The notes under the pieces: generated by a model | What the model saw: only the letters and a program-made list of their open reading frames with translations | Told to the model about the DNA's origin: nothing | Databases searched by the model: none | Assembly: GCA_002299795.1 (NCBI GenBank) | Contig: DBNP01000005.1 | Coordinates: forward strand, 1-47,715 | Direction of reading: 5' to 3' | DNA length: 47,715 nt | Origin: Candidatus Saccharibacteria bacterium UBA669 | GTDB taxonomy: Bacteria; Patescibacteriota; Saccharimonadia; Saccharimonadales; Saccharimonadaceae | Translations under genes and position numbers: made by a program | In this document: positions 1 to 10,334 of the stretch, piece by piece | Layout of the letters: the number at the start of each line of letters is the position of its first letter | Position numbering within the stretch: position 1 is the first letter of the stretch

Positions 1-15
1 CTACGGGAATTTACT

Positions 16-90
16 TGGCTGGGGTGGAGGGATTTGAACCCCCGAATGCATGGACCAAAACCATGTGCCTTACCACTTGGCGACACCCCA
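16..90 (-). tRNA. tRNA-Gln(TTG)
   Basis: Reverse complement TGGGGTGTCGCCAAGTGGTAAGGCACATGGTTTTGGTCCATGCATTCGGGGGTTCAAATCCCTCCACCCCAGCCA: cloverleaf, TTG anticodon, GGTTCAAATCC T-loop, encoded CCA. Confidence 0.97.
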
Positions 91-214
91 CTGCGATATG
101 TGGATATATCTACTATAGCGCACTATCGGCACACGATAGTATAGCATAATTCACACCACTTGCACCCTGCTCGCTCATGGCATATGCTAGAGCTACTATA
201 TAAGGAGACTGGCA

Positions 215-427
215 ATGGCAAAACGAGTACATGAACGTACCACGCAAAAAACTGGCAACATACTGCGAACCATCCTGATATGGACCGGTGGCCTGCTGGC
301 TGCTGCGGCCGGCACATGCCTGCTGAGCGGGTTGGTATCAGAAAAGGTTGCACTATACATGCTCGTGGCCACAGCGGTGGTCTATGGATTCGTCCTGCTA
401 GATTTTGATGTCGATGACGACGACTAG
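215..427 (+). CDS. small two-TM membrane protein, hypothetical
   Basis: SD AAGGAG upstream, two hydrophobic segments, overlaps start of next gene. Confidence 0.7.
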   Translation: MAKRVHERTTQKTGNILRTILIWTGGLLAAAAGTCLLSGLVSEKVALYMLVATAVVYGFVLLDFDVDDDD

Positions 428-1226
428 TCGTAAACAACAGATCATCGCTCGTATCCGTCAGTGGCCAGGCGGTGTCATGCTGTCATTTATCGTGCGTCAA
501 GCGTGGGCGGCGCTGTTTGGTGGCTTGCTGCTCATTGCGATTGTTGTTACGAGCTACGTCGAGTTGCCTTGGCTGTCGCGCTACGACTGGCTATTTGTTA
601 TTGCGGTGCTGATCCAGCTTGCGATGCTGGCGTTTCGTCTTGAGCGCCCCCGTGAAGTACTAATCATTCTCATATTTCACCTCGTCGGCCTCGCTATGGA
701 GCTATTTAAAACCAGCCATTCGATTCAGTCATGGACGTACCCTGAGGAAAATATTATCCGGCTCGGCACGGTGCCGCTGTTTAGTGGATTTATGTATGCG
801 GCGGTGGGTAGCTATATTGCCCGGGCGTGGCGCGTATTAAATCTACGCTTTACGCACTATCCGCCTAGGCGATGGACGATACTGCTGGCTGTGTTAATCT
901 ATGGCAATTTCTTTACGCACCACTACCTGCCCGATATCAGAGTATTGCTATTCATTGGTGCCGCACTCCTCTACTGGCGTACGCGTGTGTACTTTACGCT
1001 GAATCTTCGCGAGCATCATATGCCGCTGCTTGTCGGATTCACTCTCATTGCATCCGTGATATGGGTTGCGGAGAACGTTGGCACCTACACAAAAGCTTGG
1101 CTGTACCCGACACAGGCGACGACATGGGAGATGGTGGGCATCAGCAAGCTCGGCGCATGGTTCTTGCTCATGATCATTAGTTTCATTATGATTGAGCTGA
1201 TGAACTATTTGCGTACTCGACGATAA
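405..1226 (+). CDS. DUF817 (YoaT-like) membrane protein
   Basis: Family motifs RYDWL, FHLVGLAMELFK, SWTYP, VPLFSGFMYAAVGSY, IWVAENVGT, KLGAWFLLMIISF. Confidence 0.88.
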   Translation: MMSMTTTSRKQQIIARIRQWPGGVMLSFIVRQAWAALFGGLLLIAIVVTSYVELPWLSRYDWLFVIAVLIQLAMLAFRLERPREVLIILIFHLVGLAMELFKTSHSIQSWTYPEENIIRLGTVPLFSGFMYAAVGSYIARAWRVLNLRFTHYPPRRWTILLAVLIYGNFFTHHYLPDIRVLLFIGAALLYWRTRVYFTLNLREHHMPLLVGFTLIASVIWVAENVGTYTKAWLYPTQATTWEMVGISKLGAWFLLMIISFIMIELMNYLRTRR

Positions 1227-1287
1227 TATTTTACATATACTGTCGTGATGCGTACAATAGGTAGCAAGCTAAACCGACGGAGGACAT

Positions 1288-2775
1288 ATGCGGCATACTG
1301 GCGAATCAATTATTACGCGTGAATTAGATCGACGCGAACGTGAAGAAGGCGTACGGCGGCCGATAATTGTTCTGGGCGGCATGGGTGTCGATATTTCGAG
1401 CAAACGGCTCGCTGGCGCGGTGGCGTCGAGTGGTGAGTTCGCAACTTTGTCAGAAACTGGTGGTGCAATCCGCATCGCGAGGGTGTTGCAAGATGGTGAC
1501 CCGGACGGTCACGTACGTGAATCACTGCAATCATTTCCCAACCAGGAAATGGTAGCGTATGCGCTAGGTAAGTTCTACCAAGAGTCTGGCAGGCTGGAGA
1601 AGCTGCGAAAAAAAGCTGGCAAACTCTATCGTCCTGTTCCAAAATATGAAATTGAGAATCGAGCCGATCCCCGCGTGGGCGTTCCGCTGGTCGAGATGTT
1701 GACTGTACTTGATGCGTTTGAGCAGGTCGTAACCGCGCGACGCCTAGCAGGTGGAAGAGGCTTTATTGGTATGAATGGCCTTGGAAAAATTCCACTACCT
1801 ACAGCTGCCGCGCTCTATGGCGCGATGCTGGGCGGGGCGGACTATACGGCACGTGGTGCCGGTGCCAAGGCTGACATTCCTGCGGTGATTGATACGCTTT
1901 ATGCGGGTAATCCGCTTGATTACTCCATTGCCGTTGATTACGTGCCGGCTGGCAGCAGGTGGCAGCATGCAGCGGTACATTTCGATCCAGCGCCATATGG
2001 CGGTACGCCCGCTTCAAAACCAGAGTTTTGGGCAATTGCAGGCACGGTGGCAGGCGCGCGGCACTATATCGATAACGGGGCGGCCGCAATTGTGGATGAG
2101 CGTCGAATTGCTGGTGGACACAATATGCCAGATGGTATTCCAGAGGATCCCTACGAGGCATTTCTCGAACTCGGAGTGCCCGTGGTGCTCGCAGGTGGTG
2201 CGGCTCGTGCCTATGCCGACGTAGAACGTGTGGGTGGTGCGGGTGTGCAAATCGGGAGTTTGTTCGCAGTTGCTCAGGAGTCCGGCATGTCGCCACTGGA
2301 GCGCGGCAAGGTGGTGATGAGCGCGCTACTCGGCAAGCTGCGAGTTCATAGTAATAAAGGCGTTTCACCCACCGGCTATCCATTTGAGGTGGCGGAGGTT
2401 GATGGCACCCTTTCCGACCCAGATGTCTACCAGGCGCGAACGAGGGTGTGTGATTTGAGCGTGCTACGCACGCCATACGTCAATGCTGACGGTGATATCG
2501 GCTGGCGTTGCCCTGCAGATGATAGTGATAAAATGTCTGGACGTTTCCGTGGTCCGTTTGCAGCGAAAAAGATTGGTGAGGCTGCCTGTCTATGTAATGG
2601 TTTGTTCGCAAGCGCCGGTATGCCGCAGATTGATCTGACGCGCGGCACCAAGGAGCCAAGTATCATTACGCTTGGGGAGAACGCTGGTAATGATATCCGC
2701 GGTGTCGTTGCCCAGTTTGGTCGTCCAATCACGGCACAAAAAGTGATTGATTATGTGCGCTTACCGAATGCCTAA
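1288..2775 (+). CDS. nitronate monooxygenase / 2-nitropropane dioxygenase-like flavoprotein
   Basis: GGMGV N-terminal motif, AGGHN, VVLAGG, GVQIGSLF, SPTGYPF, CDL..LR..Y, RCP, CLCNGL; SD GGAGG. Confidence 0.85.
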   Translation: MRHTGESIITRELDRREREEGVRRPIIVLGGMGVDISSKRLAGAVASSGEFATLSETGGAIRIARVLQDGDPDGHVRESLQSFPNQEMVAYALGKFYQESGRLEKLRKKAGKLYRPVPKYEIENRADPRVGVPLVEMLTVLDAFEQVVTARRLAGGRGFIGMNGLGKIPLPTAAALYGAMLGGADYTARGAGAKADIPAVIDTLYAGNPLDYSIAVDYVPAGSRWQHAAVHFDPAPYGGTPASKPEFWAIAGTVAGARHYIDNGAAAIVDERRIAGGHNMPDGIPEDPYEAFLELGVPVVLAGGAARAYADVERVGGAGVQIGSLFAVAQESGMSPLERGKVVMSALLGKLRVHSNKGVSPTGYPFEVAEVDGTLSDPDVYQARTRVCDLSVLRTPYVNADGDIGWRCPADDSDKMSGRFRGPFAAKKIGEAACLCNGLFASAGMPQIDLTRGTKEPSIITLGENAGNDIRGVVAQFGRPITAQKVIDYVRLPNA

Positions 2776-2826
2776 ACCGTAGTACGATAGATTGACATGC
2801 GTCGGCACCCCAACTACTATAGGCAT

Positions 2827-4878
2827 ATGCGATTTAGTATTGTGCCGAGTGTGTTTAGCTATAAAAAGAAGTATCTGAAATCCGATATCATCGCGGCACT
2901 TGTGGTGACCGCCATTGCGATTCCTGAGTCATTGGCGTTTGCGGTTATTGTCGGGCTTCCACCGGTGACAGGCCTCTATAGTGCGCTGTTTGCACCAATC
3001 GTATTTGGGCTGCTTGCAAGCACGCGGCGACTGGTTATCGGCGCTGATTCGGCAACGGCAGCGTTGATTGCTGGTGGTGCGGTGCTAGTGGCGCAGGCGG
3101 GTACGGTAGAGTACGCTGGCGCGGTGGCACTACTGGGTATTTTGACAGCGCTGATACTGTTTGTCATGGCAGCTTTCAAGCTTGGTTTTCTGGCCGATCT
3201 GATATCGAGACCAGTGATGGTGGGGTTCCTGGCGGGCGTTGGCGTGCAGCTGATTATTACGAAATTGCCAGAAATGCTAGGAATTGCAGCGCACGGCAAT
3301 CTCTGGGCGCATCTCTCAGCTGTTTTTTCTGGGATTGGATCAGTCAACGGTATGGCTGTCACGATATCAGTGCTAGTGGTGGGTATCATTCTCATTACTC
3401 GGAGTACGCGCTTGCCGGGTGAGCTGATGGGTCTCGTGCTGGCGGGCGTTTTTGTATGGGTCTTTCAGGCCGAACAGTATGGAGTGAAGCTGGTCGGTGC
3501 GCTACCGCACGGACTACCACCGATTGGTGGGATGGCATTGCAGTTTGGTGATATTTTGACATTGCTGCCGGCTGCTCTGTCGATCGCGCTGGTGGTGTTG
3601 GCGCAGAGTTCGTCGGTGATACGTAGTCTTGCGGGCGAACACGACGATAAAGTCAGGCTCAACCAAGATCTTTTCGCGCTCGGTTCGGCTAATATCGTGT
3701 CGGCGCTGACACGTGGCTTTGCGGTCAACGGTAGCCCACCGCGCAGTGTTGCGAGTGATCTCGCTGGCGGGCACACGCAGCTGGTGAATATTCTCATGGG
3801 AGCGACTGTCGGCCTACTTTTGCTGTTTGGAGGCGGTCTATTCCGCTATGTGCCAAGCGCCGCACTGGCGGCAATTGTGTGCGTGATTGGCGTCTATCTT
3901 ATTCGTTTTCGGGAGCTACGATACATCTGGACCGCGCATCGTCTGGAATTTGTTGTCGCCATGGTTGCCCTTGTTGTGACGGCACTATTCGGGGTGCTTC
4001 AGGGTATTCTGATCGCCGTGATCGTTTCGCTTATGGAGCGATTGAGCCGCCAGTATCACCCGCGTGACGAGGTGCTGCTGCGAGATGGGCAGCTTTCTGA
4101 GTGGGCCAAGGAGCGTATTACTCACCACGATCAGCACGATGCACATCCAAAGGGCCTGCTCGTCTATAGCTTTGAGAATTCACTATTTTTCGAAAACATC
4201 ATATATTTTTCAGAGCGGCTGCGCCAGGCGATCGATGCCGCTAAAGACCCTGTGCACTACGTGGTTATTGATGCGGGTGCGATCGACAGTATCGACTACA
4301 CTGCCGTTGAGCATATGAAGCAGCTCTATCGTCAGCTTAGTGCCGACGGTATTAAGCTTGGGTTTGCGCATGTTTCGCCAAACTTGTATGAGCAGTTTGA
4401 CGAATATGGCATGACAGACCTTATGGGTAACGAAAACATTTTTTCTACTCTCAACGCGGCGATACGCGCACACCCGATGGAGCACCATTCTGTTGTTGAA
4501 CGAGTGAAGAAGCTTAAACTGCCGGCCGATGAGTACGTGGTCATCGGTGGCGCAGTGCTTGATGCGCTGCATCTTAGGAATACGTCTGATATCGACCTTG
4601 TGGTGAGTGACCAAGTGTACCGAGAATATCGAGATACGCGCCATTGGAGTGAGTATGTTCAGGACAACGGAAAACGTATTTTGTCCCGCGATGGCTACAA
4701 CTTAATGCATACCTGGCTTGGTCGTTCCTTGCGTAGTCTATCTCACGGCGCACAGATGATCGATGGCGTACGGTTTATGTCACTTGAGAAACTTATCGAA
4801 CACAAGCGTCACCTATCAAGGCGAAAAGACATGTCAGATATTACGCTGCTGCGCGACTACCTGCGCACGCATCGGTAG
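2827..4878 (+). CDS. SulP-family anion transporter with STAS domain and C-terminal nucleotidyltransferase-like domain
   Basis: DIIAALVV..IPESLAFA..GLPPVTGLYS SulP signature; STAS motifs LFFEN and DAGAIDSIDYT; C-terminal VIGGA...SDIDLVV...RRKDMSD; start placed at the ATG just after TACTAT. Confidence 0.9.
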   Translation: MRFSIVPSVFSYKKKYLKSDIIAALVVTAIAIPESLAFAVIVGLPPVTGLYSALFAPIVFGLLASTRRLVIGADSATAALIAGGAVLVAQAGTVEYAGAVALLGILTALILFVMAAFKLGFLADLISRPVMVGFLAGVGVQLIITKLPEMLGIAAHGNLWAHLSAVFSGIGSVNGMAVTISVLVVGIILITRSTRLPGELMGLVLAGVFVWVFQAEQYGVKLVGALPHGLPPIGGMALQFGDILTLLPAALSIALVVLAQSSSVIRSLAGEHDDKVRLNQDLFALGSANIVSALTRGFAVNGSPPRSVASDLAGGHTQLVNILMGATVGLLLLFGGGLFRYVPSAALAAIVCVIGVYLIRFRELRYIWTAHRLEFVVAMVALVVTALFGVLQGILIAVIVSLMERLSRQYHPRDEVLLRDGQLSEWAKERITHHDQHDAHPKGLLVYSFENSLFFENIIYFSERLRQAIDAAKDPVHYVVIDAGAIDSIDYTAVEHMKQLYRQLSADGIKLGFAHVSPNLYEQFDEYGMTDLMGNENIFSTLNAAIRAHPMEHHSVVERVKKLKLPADEYVVIGGAVLDALHLRNTSDIDLVVSDQVYREYRDTRHWSEYVQDNGKRILSRDGYNLMHTWLGRSLRSLSHGAQMIDGVRFMSLEKLIEHKRHLSRRKDMSDITLLRDYLRTHR

Positions 4879-7419
4879 TCATCGAGGCTCGGCCTGATAG
4901 CCTTTATTGAAGAAAGCGCGACCGATCCATTTGTGTAGCTCAACGACTGCAATCAGAACAGTGATTGATACGAGTGAGATATATGCAAGGTCGCCGACCG
5001 CAATAGGTGCGGCGCTTAACATAGCTTGCAGCGGCCCAAACACGGCTAGGGTCTGTAGCACTATGGCAATAGCGAGACCGATGTAGAACGGTAGGTTTGG
5101 CTTGGCAAGTCGACGCCATAGCGGCTCGTAATCGCTCCGCATACATAGTGCGCTCGCCCATTGCATGGCGACCAGCGAGCAGAAGGCCACGGTGCGCGCG
5201 TAGTCGTGACCATAGGCGGCGTTGTAGCTAGCATAGAGAGAAAGTGTAATGGCTGCCATTGTGCCCGCAAGGATGACGATACGAGATATCATGAACCTGC
5301 TAAGAAGCGGTGCGTCGGAGGCCTGTGGTGGTCGATTCATATTGCGCTTCTCTCCTGGTTCAAGGCCCAGAGGAATAACCATCGCGGAGTCGGTCACAAG
5401 ATTGATCCATAGAATTTGAACTGGCAGGAGCGGTAGCGGTAGCCCGATGACCAATGAGCCAATAGACACGAGCACCTCGCCAAGACTAGTGGAAAGGAGG
5501 TATACGAGCATGCGCTTGATATTGGCATAGATGGTGCGCCCTTCATGGATCGCCGATATAATGGAGCGGAAATTATTATCAAGCAAAATGATATCTCCGG
5601 CATCTTTGGCGATCTGCGCGCCGGTCCCCATTGCGATACCGACATGCGCGTTGGTGAGGGCCGGTACGTCATTTACCCCATCGCCTGTCATGGCAGTGAT
5701 GTTGTGTCGTTTGAGAATAGCAAGAATGCGGTGTTTGTGCTCGGGTATGACGCGTGAAAAAACACGTGCGGTGACGAGCTCTTCCTCTAGTTTATCGTCT
5801 GTCATATGCGACATACGACGACTATCAAACACTTCCTCGCGTCTTGTCACAAGACCGATCTGCTTGCCGATATGGTAGGCTGTCTCAAAATGGTCACCGG
5901 TGATCATGCGCACAGTGATGCCGGCTCGCTGTGCTGTTCTGATGGCGGCACGTGCCTCTGGGCGCAAAATGTCGGCAATCGCAACGAGACCATCAAACTC
6001 AAATCGCTCTCCTTTTGGTAGTAGTTCGAGCGACTCAATTTCTTTAGGGAGTGTCGTGTGTGCGAGTGCGACAACCCGGTATCCGAGCCCGGTCATATGA
6101 TGGAGCCTCGCATGGGCTTGCTCGCGTTCATTCTCTGTCAGATCACTTCGCTGAATGACCTGTTCGGGGGAGCCCTTGATGTATAGCTCGAGCGTATGAC
6201 CGTGGTGATAGAGCGCTCCACTCATCGCGAGTGCCTGTGTAAATTGATAGGCATGAATTTCCGGATGCGATACTACTTCGTGATGAGCAGCGGCATATTC
6301 TCCAAACGCAGTATCCAACGGGTCGTGGGCTTTGGTCTCCGTGCGCAGCCCAAGAGTGGCGCGGGACATTGTGTGTAGCGCGGCAGCTTGATTTGCGTGA
6401 GGATGCCACACTTCTTGGACGGATAGTTTGTTTTTGGTGAGTGTGCCAGTTTTGTCTGTGGCAATCGTGGTGACTGTGCCGACTGACTCGATTGCGCTCA
6501 TCGTACGCACCAGCGCTCGACGAGCTGCCATGCGCCGCATACCGAGCACCAATACCACAGAAATGGCAATTGGCAGTCCCTCGGGTACCGCACTGACACT
6601 GAGTGCAATGACGAAGCGCAGCGCATCCGCCAGTTCAATGCCACGGTAGATCGACAGTCCAAATGCGACAATTGCTAGGGCAACGACAACGGCGATGATC
6701 GAGCTAATCAAACGATCAATCTTTTTCTGCACAGGGCTAGCCTCGACCGCCTCAGCCGACAATTCTGCCAGCCTACCAAATTCGGTGTTATTGCCAGTGA
6801 GGGTGACAATGGCCTGCGCGGTGCCTCCGATGATAAATGAACCCTGAAAAACCATATTTGACTGCTCGTATATCTCTTTGTCTGCTGCAAGTGTATCGAT
6901 ATTTTTTGTGATAGCAAGTGACTCGCCGGTCAGCTGTGACTCATCAACGCGCAGTGACTGCACTTGAACCAGTCGCGCATCGGCGGGCACTTTATCTCCT
7001 TCTTCGAGCAGTATGATGTCACCCGGCACAAGCGCTATTGCATCAATTTCAGTTACAATACCCTTCCTATACACTCGGACGACTAGTTTTGTATGAGCCT
7101 GGAGCGAGCGGAGGATTCTCTCGGTAGAAAACCGCTGCACGTAATAGATACCAGCGCTAATACTGATAATAATGAGGATGATAACCGCATCAAAAACTGC
7201 TTGATAAAAAAAGCTGATGATGACTGCGAGGAACAGTACGCCCATAAATACCGAGCGAAACGGCTCAATTATCTTACGCCATAGCGGCTCACCATGTACG
7301 GTAATGACATTGGGCCCATAGTGAGCAAGGCGCTCTTGCGCCTCGGTGTCAGACAGCCCAATATTGGTCGAATCGAGCTCAGCGAACACTTTGTCGACCG
7401 ACTTTGTATAGAAAAGCAT
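4879..7419 (-). CDS. cation-transporting P-type ATPase (P2-type)
   Basis: TGES, PEGL, DKTGTLT, KGSPE, MITGD and TGDGVND motifs. Confidence 0.95.
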   Translation of the reverse strand: MLFYTKSVDKVFAELDSTNIGLSDTEAQERLAHYGPNVITVHGEPLWRKIIEPFRSVFMGVLFLAVIISFFYQAVFDAVIILIIISISAGIYYVQRFSTERILRSLQAHTKLVVRVYRKGIVTEIDAIALVPGDIILLEEGDKVPADARLVQVQSLRVDESQLTGESLAITKNIDTLAADKEIYEQSNMVFQGSFIIGGTAQAIVTLTGNNTEFGRLAELSAEAVEASPVQKKIDRLISSIIAVVVALAIVAFGLSIYRGIELADALRFVIALSVSAVPEGLPIAISVVLVLGMRRMAARRALVRTMSAIESVGTVTTIATDKTGTLTKNKLSVQEVWHPHANQAAALHTMSRATLGLRTETKAHDPLDTAFGEYAAAHHEVVSHPEIHAYQFTQALAMSGALYHHGHTLELYIKGSPEQVIQRSDLTENEREQAHARLHHMTGLGYRVVALAHTTLPKEIESLELLPKGERFEFDGLVAIADILRPEARAAIRTAQRAGITVRMITGDHFETAYHIGKQIGLVTRREEVFDSRRMSHMTDDKLEEELVTARVFSRVIPEHKHRILAILKRHNITAMTGDGVNDVPALTNAHVGIAMGTGAQIAKDAGDIILLDNNFRSIISAIHEGRTIYANIKRMLVYLLSTSLGEVLVSIGSLVIGLPLPLLPVQILWINLVTDSAMVIPLGLEPGEKRNMNRPPQASDAPLLSRFMISRIVILAGTMAAITLSLYASYNAAYGHDYARTVAFCSLVAMQWASALCMRSDYEPLWRRLAKPNLPFYIGLAIAIVLQTLAVFGPLQAMLSAAPIAVGDLAYISLVSITVLIAVVELHKWIGRAFFNKGYQAEPR

Positions 7420-7495
7420 TAGCTGTATTATATCATCTGAATCCTACAAACATAACCGGGTTGCGTCTCGATATCGATTCCTATACACTATAAGC

Positions 7496-7687
7496 ATGTC
7501 TACAAAAGCTCAAAAATCGAAGCCGTCTGTCACAAAAAAGATTCGAATAGCGAAAAAACCTACCGCAAAGCCGCGTCCATCGCAAAAGGTCGACTACTAT
7601 CCGAATCGAATGACGGTTGCCGTATCGGCACTTGCCGGCACGATACTTGTGCTACTCGCTATCATCGCAGTCCTTGGTTCTCGCTAA
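7496..7687 (+). CDS. small basic single-TM protein
   Basis: Leaderless start after TACACT; Lys-rich N-terminus, C-terminal hydrophobic helix. Confidence 0.65.
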   Translation: MSTKAQKSKPSVTKKIRIAKKPTAKPRPSQKVDYYPNRMTVAVSALAGTILVLLAIIAVLGSR

Positions 7688-7716
7688 ATCAGATAACGTG
7701 AGGTATAATACGCCAC

Positions 7717-8853
7717 ATGAAAGTACGCATTGAAATAGATACGAAAACATTTGTTCGCTTTTGGCTAGTGGTTATTGGGTTCGCATTCGTGATTTTGGCA
7801 CTCTACAGCGCAAGAACCGCACTGACTATTATCGGTGTTGCCTTCTTCTTGGCGCTTGCACTCAACGGTCCCGTGAGTCGCCTTGCAAAAGTACTACCAG
7901 ACCGGAGTCGCACGCTGAGTACCGCGATTGCGTTTACGGTGGTTGTGGCGATACTGGCCGCTGTGGTATTCCTCGTGGTACCGCCAATCGTACAGCAAAC
8001 GGCCAAATTTATTGACTCGGCACCGGGGCTACTGCGAAGTATGTCCGAGCAATGGCAGGGCCTTGGTAGCCTGATTGAGAAGTACCACATTCAGCCACAG
8101 GTAGACCAAGCCGTGAAGTCACTGCAGGCTGACTCAACACGCTGGGCCGCTGGGTTTGGAAAAAACTTCATATCAGGCATTGGTTCTGCGATGTCGATGT
8201 TTGCCGCTGCACTACTTGTTCTCGTGCTCACTTTCCTGATGCTCGTCGAAGGCCCGGGCTGGCTACAAAGAATATGGGGCATCTACCGTGATGAGCGTAA
8301 AATGAAGTATCACAAACACCTTGTGAATCGCATGCATAGCGTCGTGTCTGGCTACGTCACAGGACAGCTGACCGTGACGGGCATAGGTGCCGCGTGCGCA
8401 GGAGCGATGGTGTTTATTCTCAGTCTATTTTTCCCAGAAGTGCCGGCCAACCTTGCACTACCTACGATCGCTATTACCTTCACGCTTGCACTTATCCCAA
8501 TGTTCGGCGCAACGATTGCCGGTGTGATTGTGTCGCTCCTGCTTGTGCTCAATAGTCTACCTGCAGGTATTATCTTTGCCGTGTATTTCATGATTTATCA
8601 GCAGGTTGAGAATAACTTTATATCACCGACTATCCAGGCTCGTCGGATTGAGCTGTCGCCGCTCGCCGTGCTTGTTGCGGTGACGGTTGGACTATATGTG
8701 TTTGGTATCGCTGGTGGAATCATTAGTATTCCGGTTGCCGGATGCCTCAAGGTACTGGTAGAGGAATACTTTGAGAATAATCACAAAGAACGAGTCGAGC
8801 AAGACAAGCCACTCACCAAGCTTGTAAAGAAGCTTACTGGCGAAGAAGCCTAG
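7717..8853 (+). CDS. AI-2E family transporter
   Basis: LALALNGPV..L, IPMFGA, YQQVENNFISP, LSPLAVLVAV..G...GIAG...IPVA. Confidence 0.92.
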   Translation: MKVRIEIDTKTFVRFWLVVIGFAFVILALYSARTALTIIGVAFFLALALNGPVSRLAKVLPDRSRTLSTAIAFTVVVAILAAVVFLVVPPIVQQTAKFIDSAPGLLRSMSEQWQGLGSLIEKYHIQPQVDQAVKSLQADSTRWAAGFGKNFISGIGSAMSMFAAALLVLVLTFLMLVEGPGWLQRIWGIYRDERKMKYHKHLVNRMHSVVSGYVTGQLTVTGIGAACAGAMVFILSLFFPEVPANLALPTIAITFTLALIPMFGATIAGVIVSLLLVLNSLPAGIIFAVYFMIYQQVENNFISPTIQARRIELSPLAVLVAVTVGLYVFGIAGGIISIPVAGCLKVLVEEYFENNHKERVEQDKPLTKLVKKLTGEEA

Positions 8854-10334
8854 TTGGTATACGACCAGATAGTGCCAGACGCAGTATCGCGCACCGTGAT
8901 GCCCTGTGCCGCGAGAACATCGCGAAGCTTGTCTGACTTTGCCCAGTCTTTGGCGTCGCGAGCACGCTGTCGCTCCAAAATTACTCGCTTGGCATCATCG
9001 CTAATATCGGGCGTATGGGCGAGAAGTTGTAGCCCTAGATAACTATCAATAGCTTCGAGGAAACGCACGAGTCCATGCTGATGGATACTCTCAAGGGGTA
9101 TCGCATCAAGACGAGCAAATGATTCATCAATGATCTTGAGCGCCTCAGGTGTATTAAGATTGTTCATCAACGCCTCATGCATCGCATCGCTGCTTGTCGT
9201 GAAGGACGCGGCATCGTCATCGTCTGACTTCGACGCATCGCTAGCGCTGCCATCGTGTGTTTGATGGCGTAGTGCGGCGTAGTTACGCCAGTTTGCTAAG
9301 CGCCGCGCCGCTGCAGTTAGGTTGTCGAAAGTAAAATTACCTTCATTGGTGTACTGACTTTGCAGAATAAACATACGCAGATCCATCGGCCCGAAGCCAC
9401 GCTGTGCGAGGTCTTGGAGTGTGTAGCCATTGCCGAGGCTCTTACTCACCTTGCCGCCGTCGATTTTGAGGTGGTTATTGTGCACCCAGTAGCGGGCAAA
9501 TTGCTGTCCGCTCGCGGCCTCACTTTGCGCAATTTCATTGGTATGGTGAACGGGAATGTGATCAATGCCTCCTGTATGGATATCGATAGTCGGTCCAAGA
9601 ATACTCATGGCCATAGCTGAGCATTCCAGGTGCCAGCCAGGAAATCCCATGACGGCACTGTTGCTGCCCTCGTCAGCAGTCACTGGTAGTTCTAGCAGGT
9701 CACCTGGTGTCTCCCACTGCATGTCACGAGTCTCGCCGTCTGGGGTAAATTTCCAAAGCGCAAAGTCCCACGGCTGACGCTTTTCGGCGTCTTCTTCAAC
9801 GCGGGCACCTGCTTTCTGTGCCTCGAGATCAAGGTGGGCGAAGTCGGCATAGCTTGGAAATTTGCTTGTATCAAAGTAGATGCCACCAGTTCTTTGGTAT
9901 GTGTAGCCTTTTTCTTTTAGTATACGAACAAGGTCGAGTTGCTGTGGAATAAAATCAGTCGCCTTGACGACGTGCTCTGGCACAATCATGCCAAGTTTTT
10001 CCATGCCGTTCATGAAATCTTCAGCGTAAAATTCAGCAATTTCCCATGCTGTCTTTCCCTCGCGTCTGGCGCCTTTTTCCAGCTTGTCTTCCCCTTCGTC
10101 CGCGTCGCTCACGAGGTGGCCTACGTCGGTGATATTCATGACTCGCTCAACGGTATGGTCGCTTGCGAGCAGTGCGCGCACCAAAATATCCCAGTAGACA
10201 AATGATGTCCAGTTGCCAACATGTGGATGGTCGTAGACCGTTGGGCCGCAGGTATAGAGTGTGATCTTGCTGTCCGCAGTCGGTGCAACGTCCTCAATCT
10301 TTCGAGTCAGTGTGTTATACAGACGTAGTGCCAT
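8850..10334 (-). CDS. cysS: cysteine--tRNA ligase
   Basis: YTCGPTVY, HVGN, DFALWK, GFPGWHLEC, DIHTGG.D...HH.NE.AQ, KVSKS. Confidence 0.98.
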   Translation of the reverse strand: MALRLYNTLTRKIEDVAPTADSKITLYTCGPTVYDHPHVGNWTSFVYWDILVRALLASDHTVERVMNITDVGHLVSDADEGEDKLEKGARREGKTAWEIAEFYAEDFMNGMEKLGMIVPEHVVKATDFIPQQLDLVRILKEKGYTYQRTGGIYFDTSKFPSYADFAHLDLEAQKAGARVEEDAEKRQPWDFALWKFTPDGETRDMQWETPGDLLELPVTADEGSNSAVMGFPGWHLECSAMAMSILGPTIDIHTGGIDHIPVHHTNEIAQSEAASGQQFARYWVHNNHLKIDGGKVSKSLGNGYTLQDLAQRGFGPMDLRMFILQSQYTNEGNFTFDNLTAAARRLANWRNYAALRHQTHDGSASDASKSDDDDAASFTTSSDAMHEALMNNLNTPEALKIIDESFARLDAIPLESIHQHGLVRFLEAIDSYLGLQLLAHTPDISDDAKRVILERQRARDAKDWAKSDKLRDVLAAQGITVRDTASGTIWSYTN

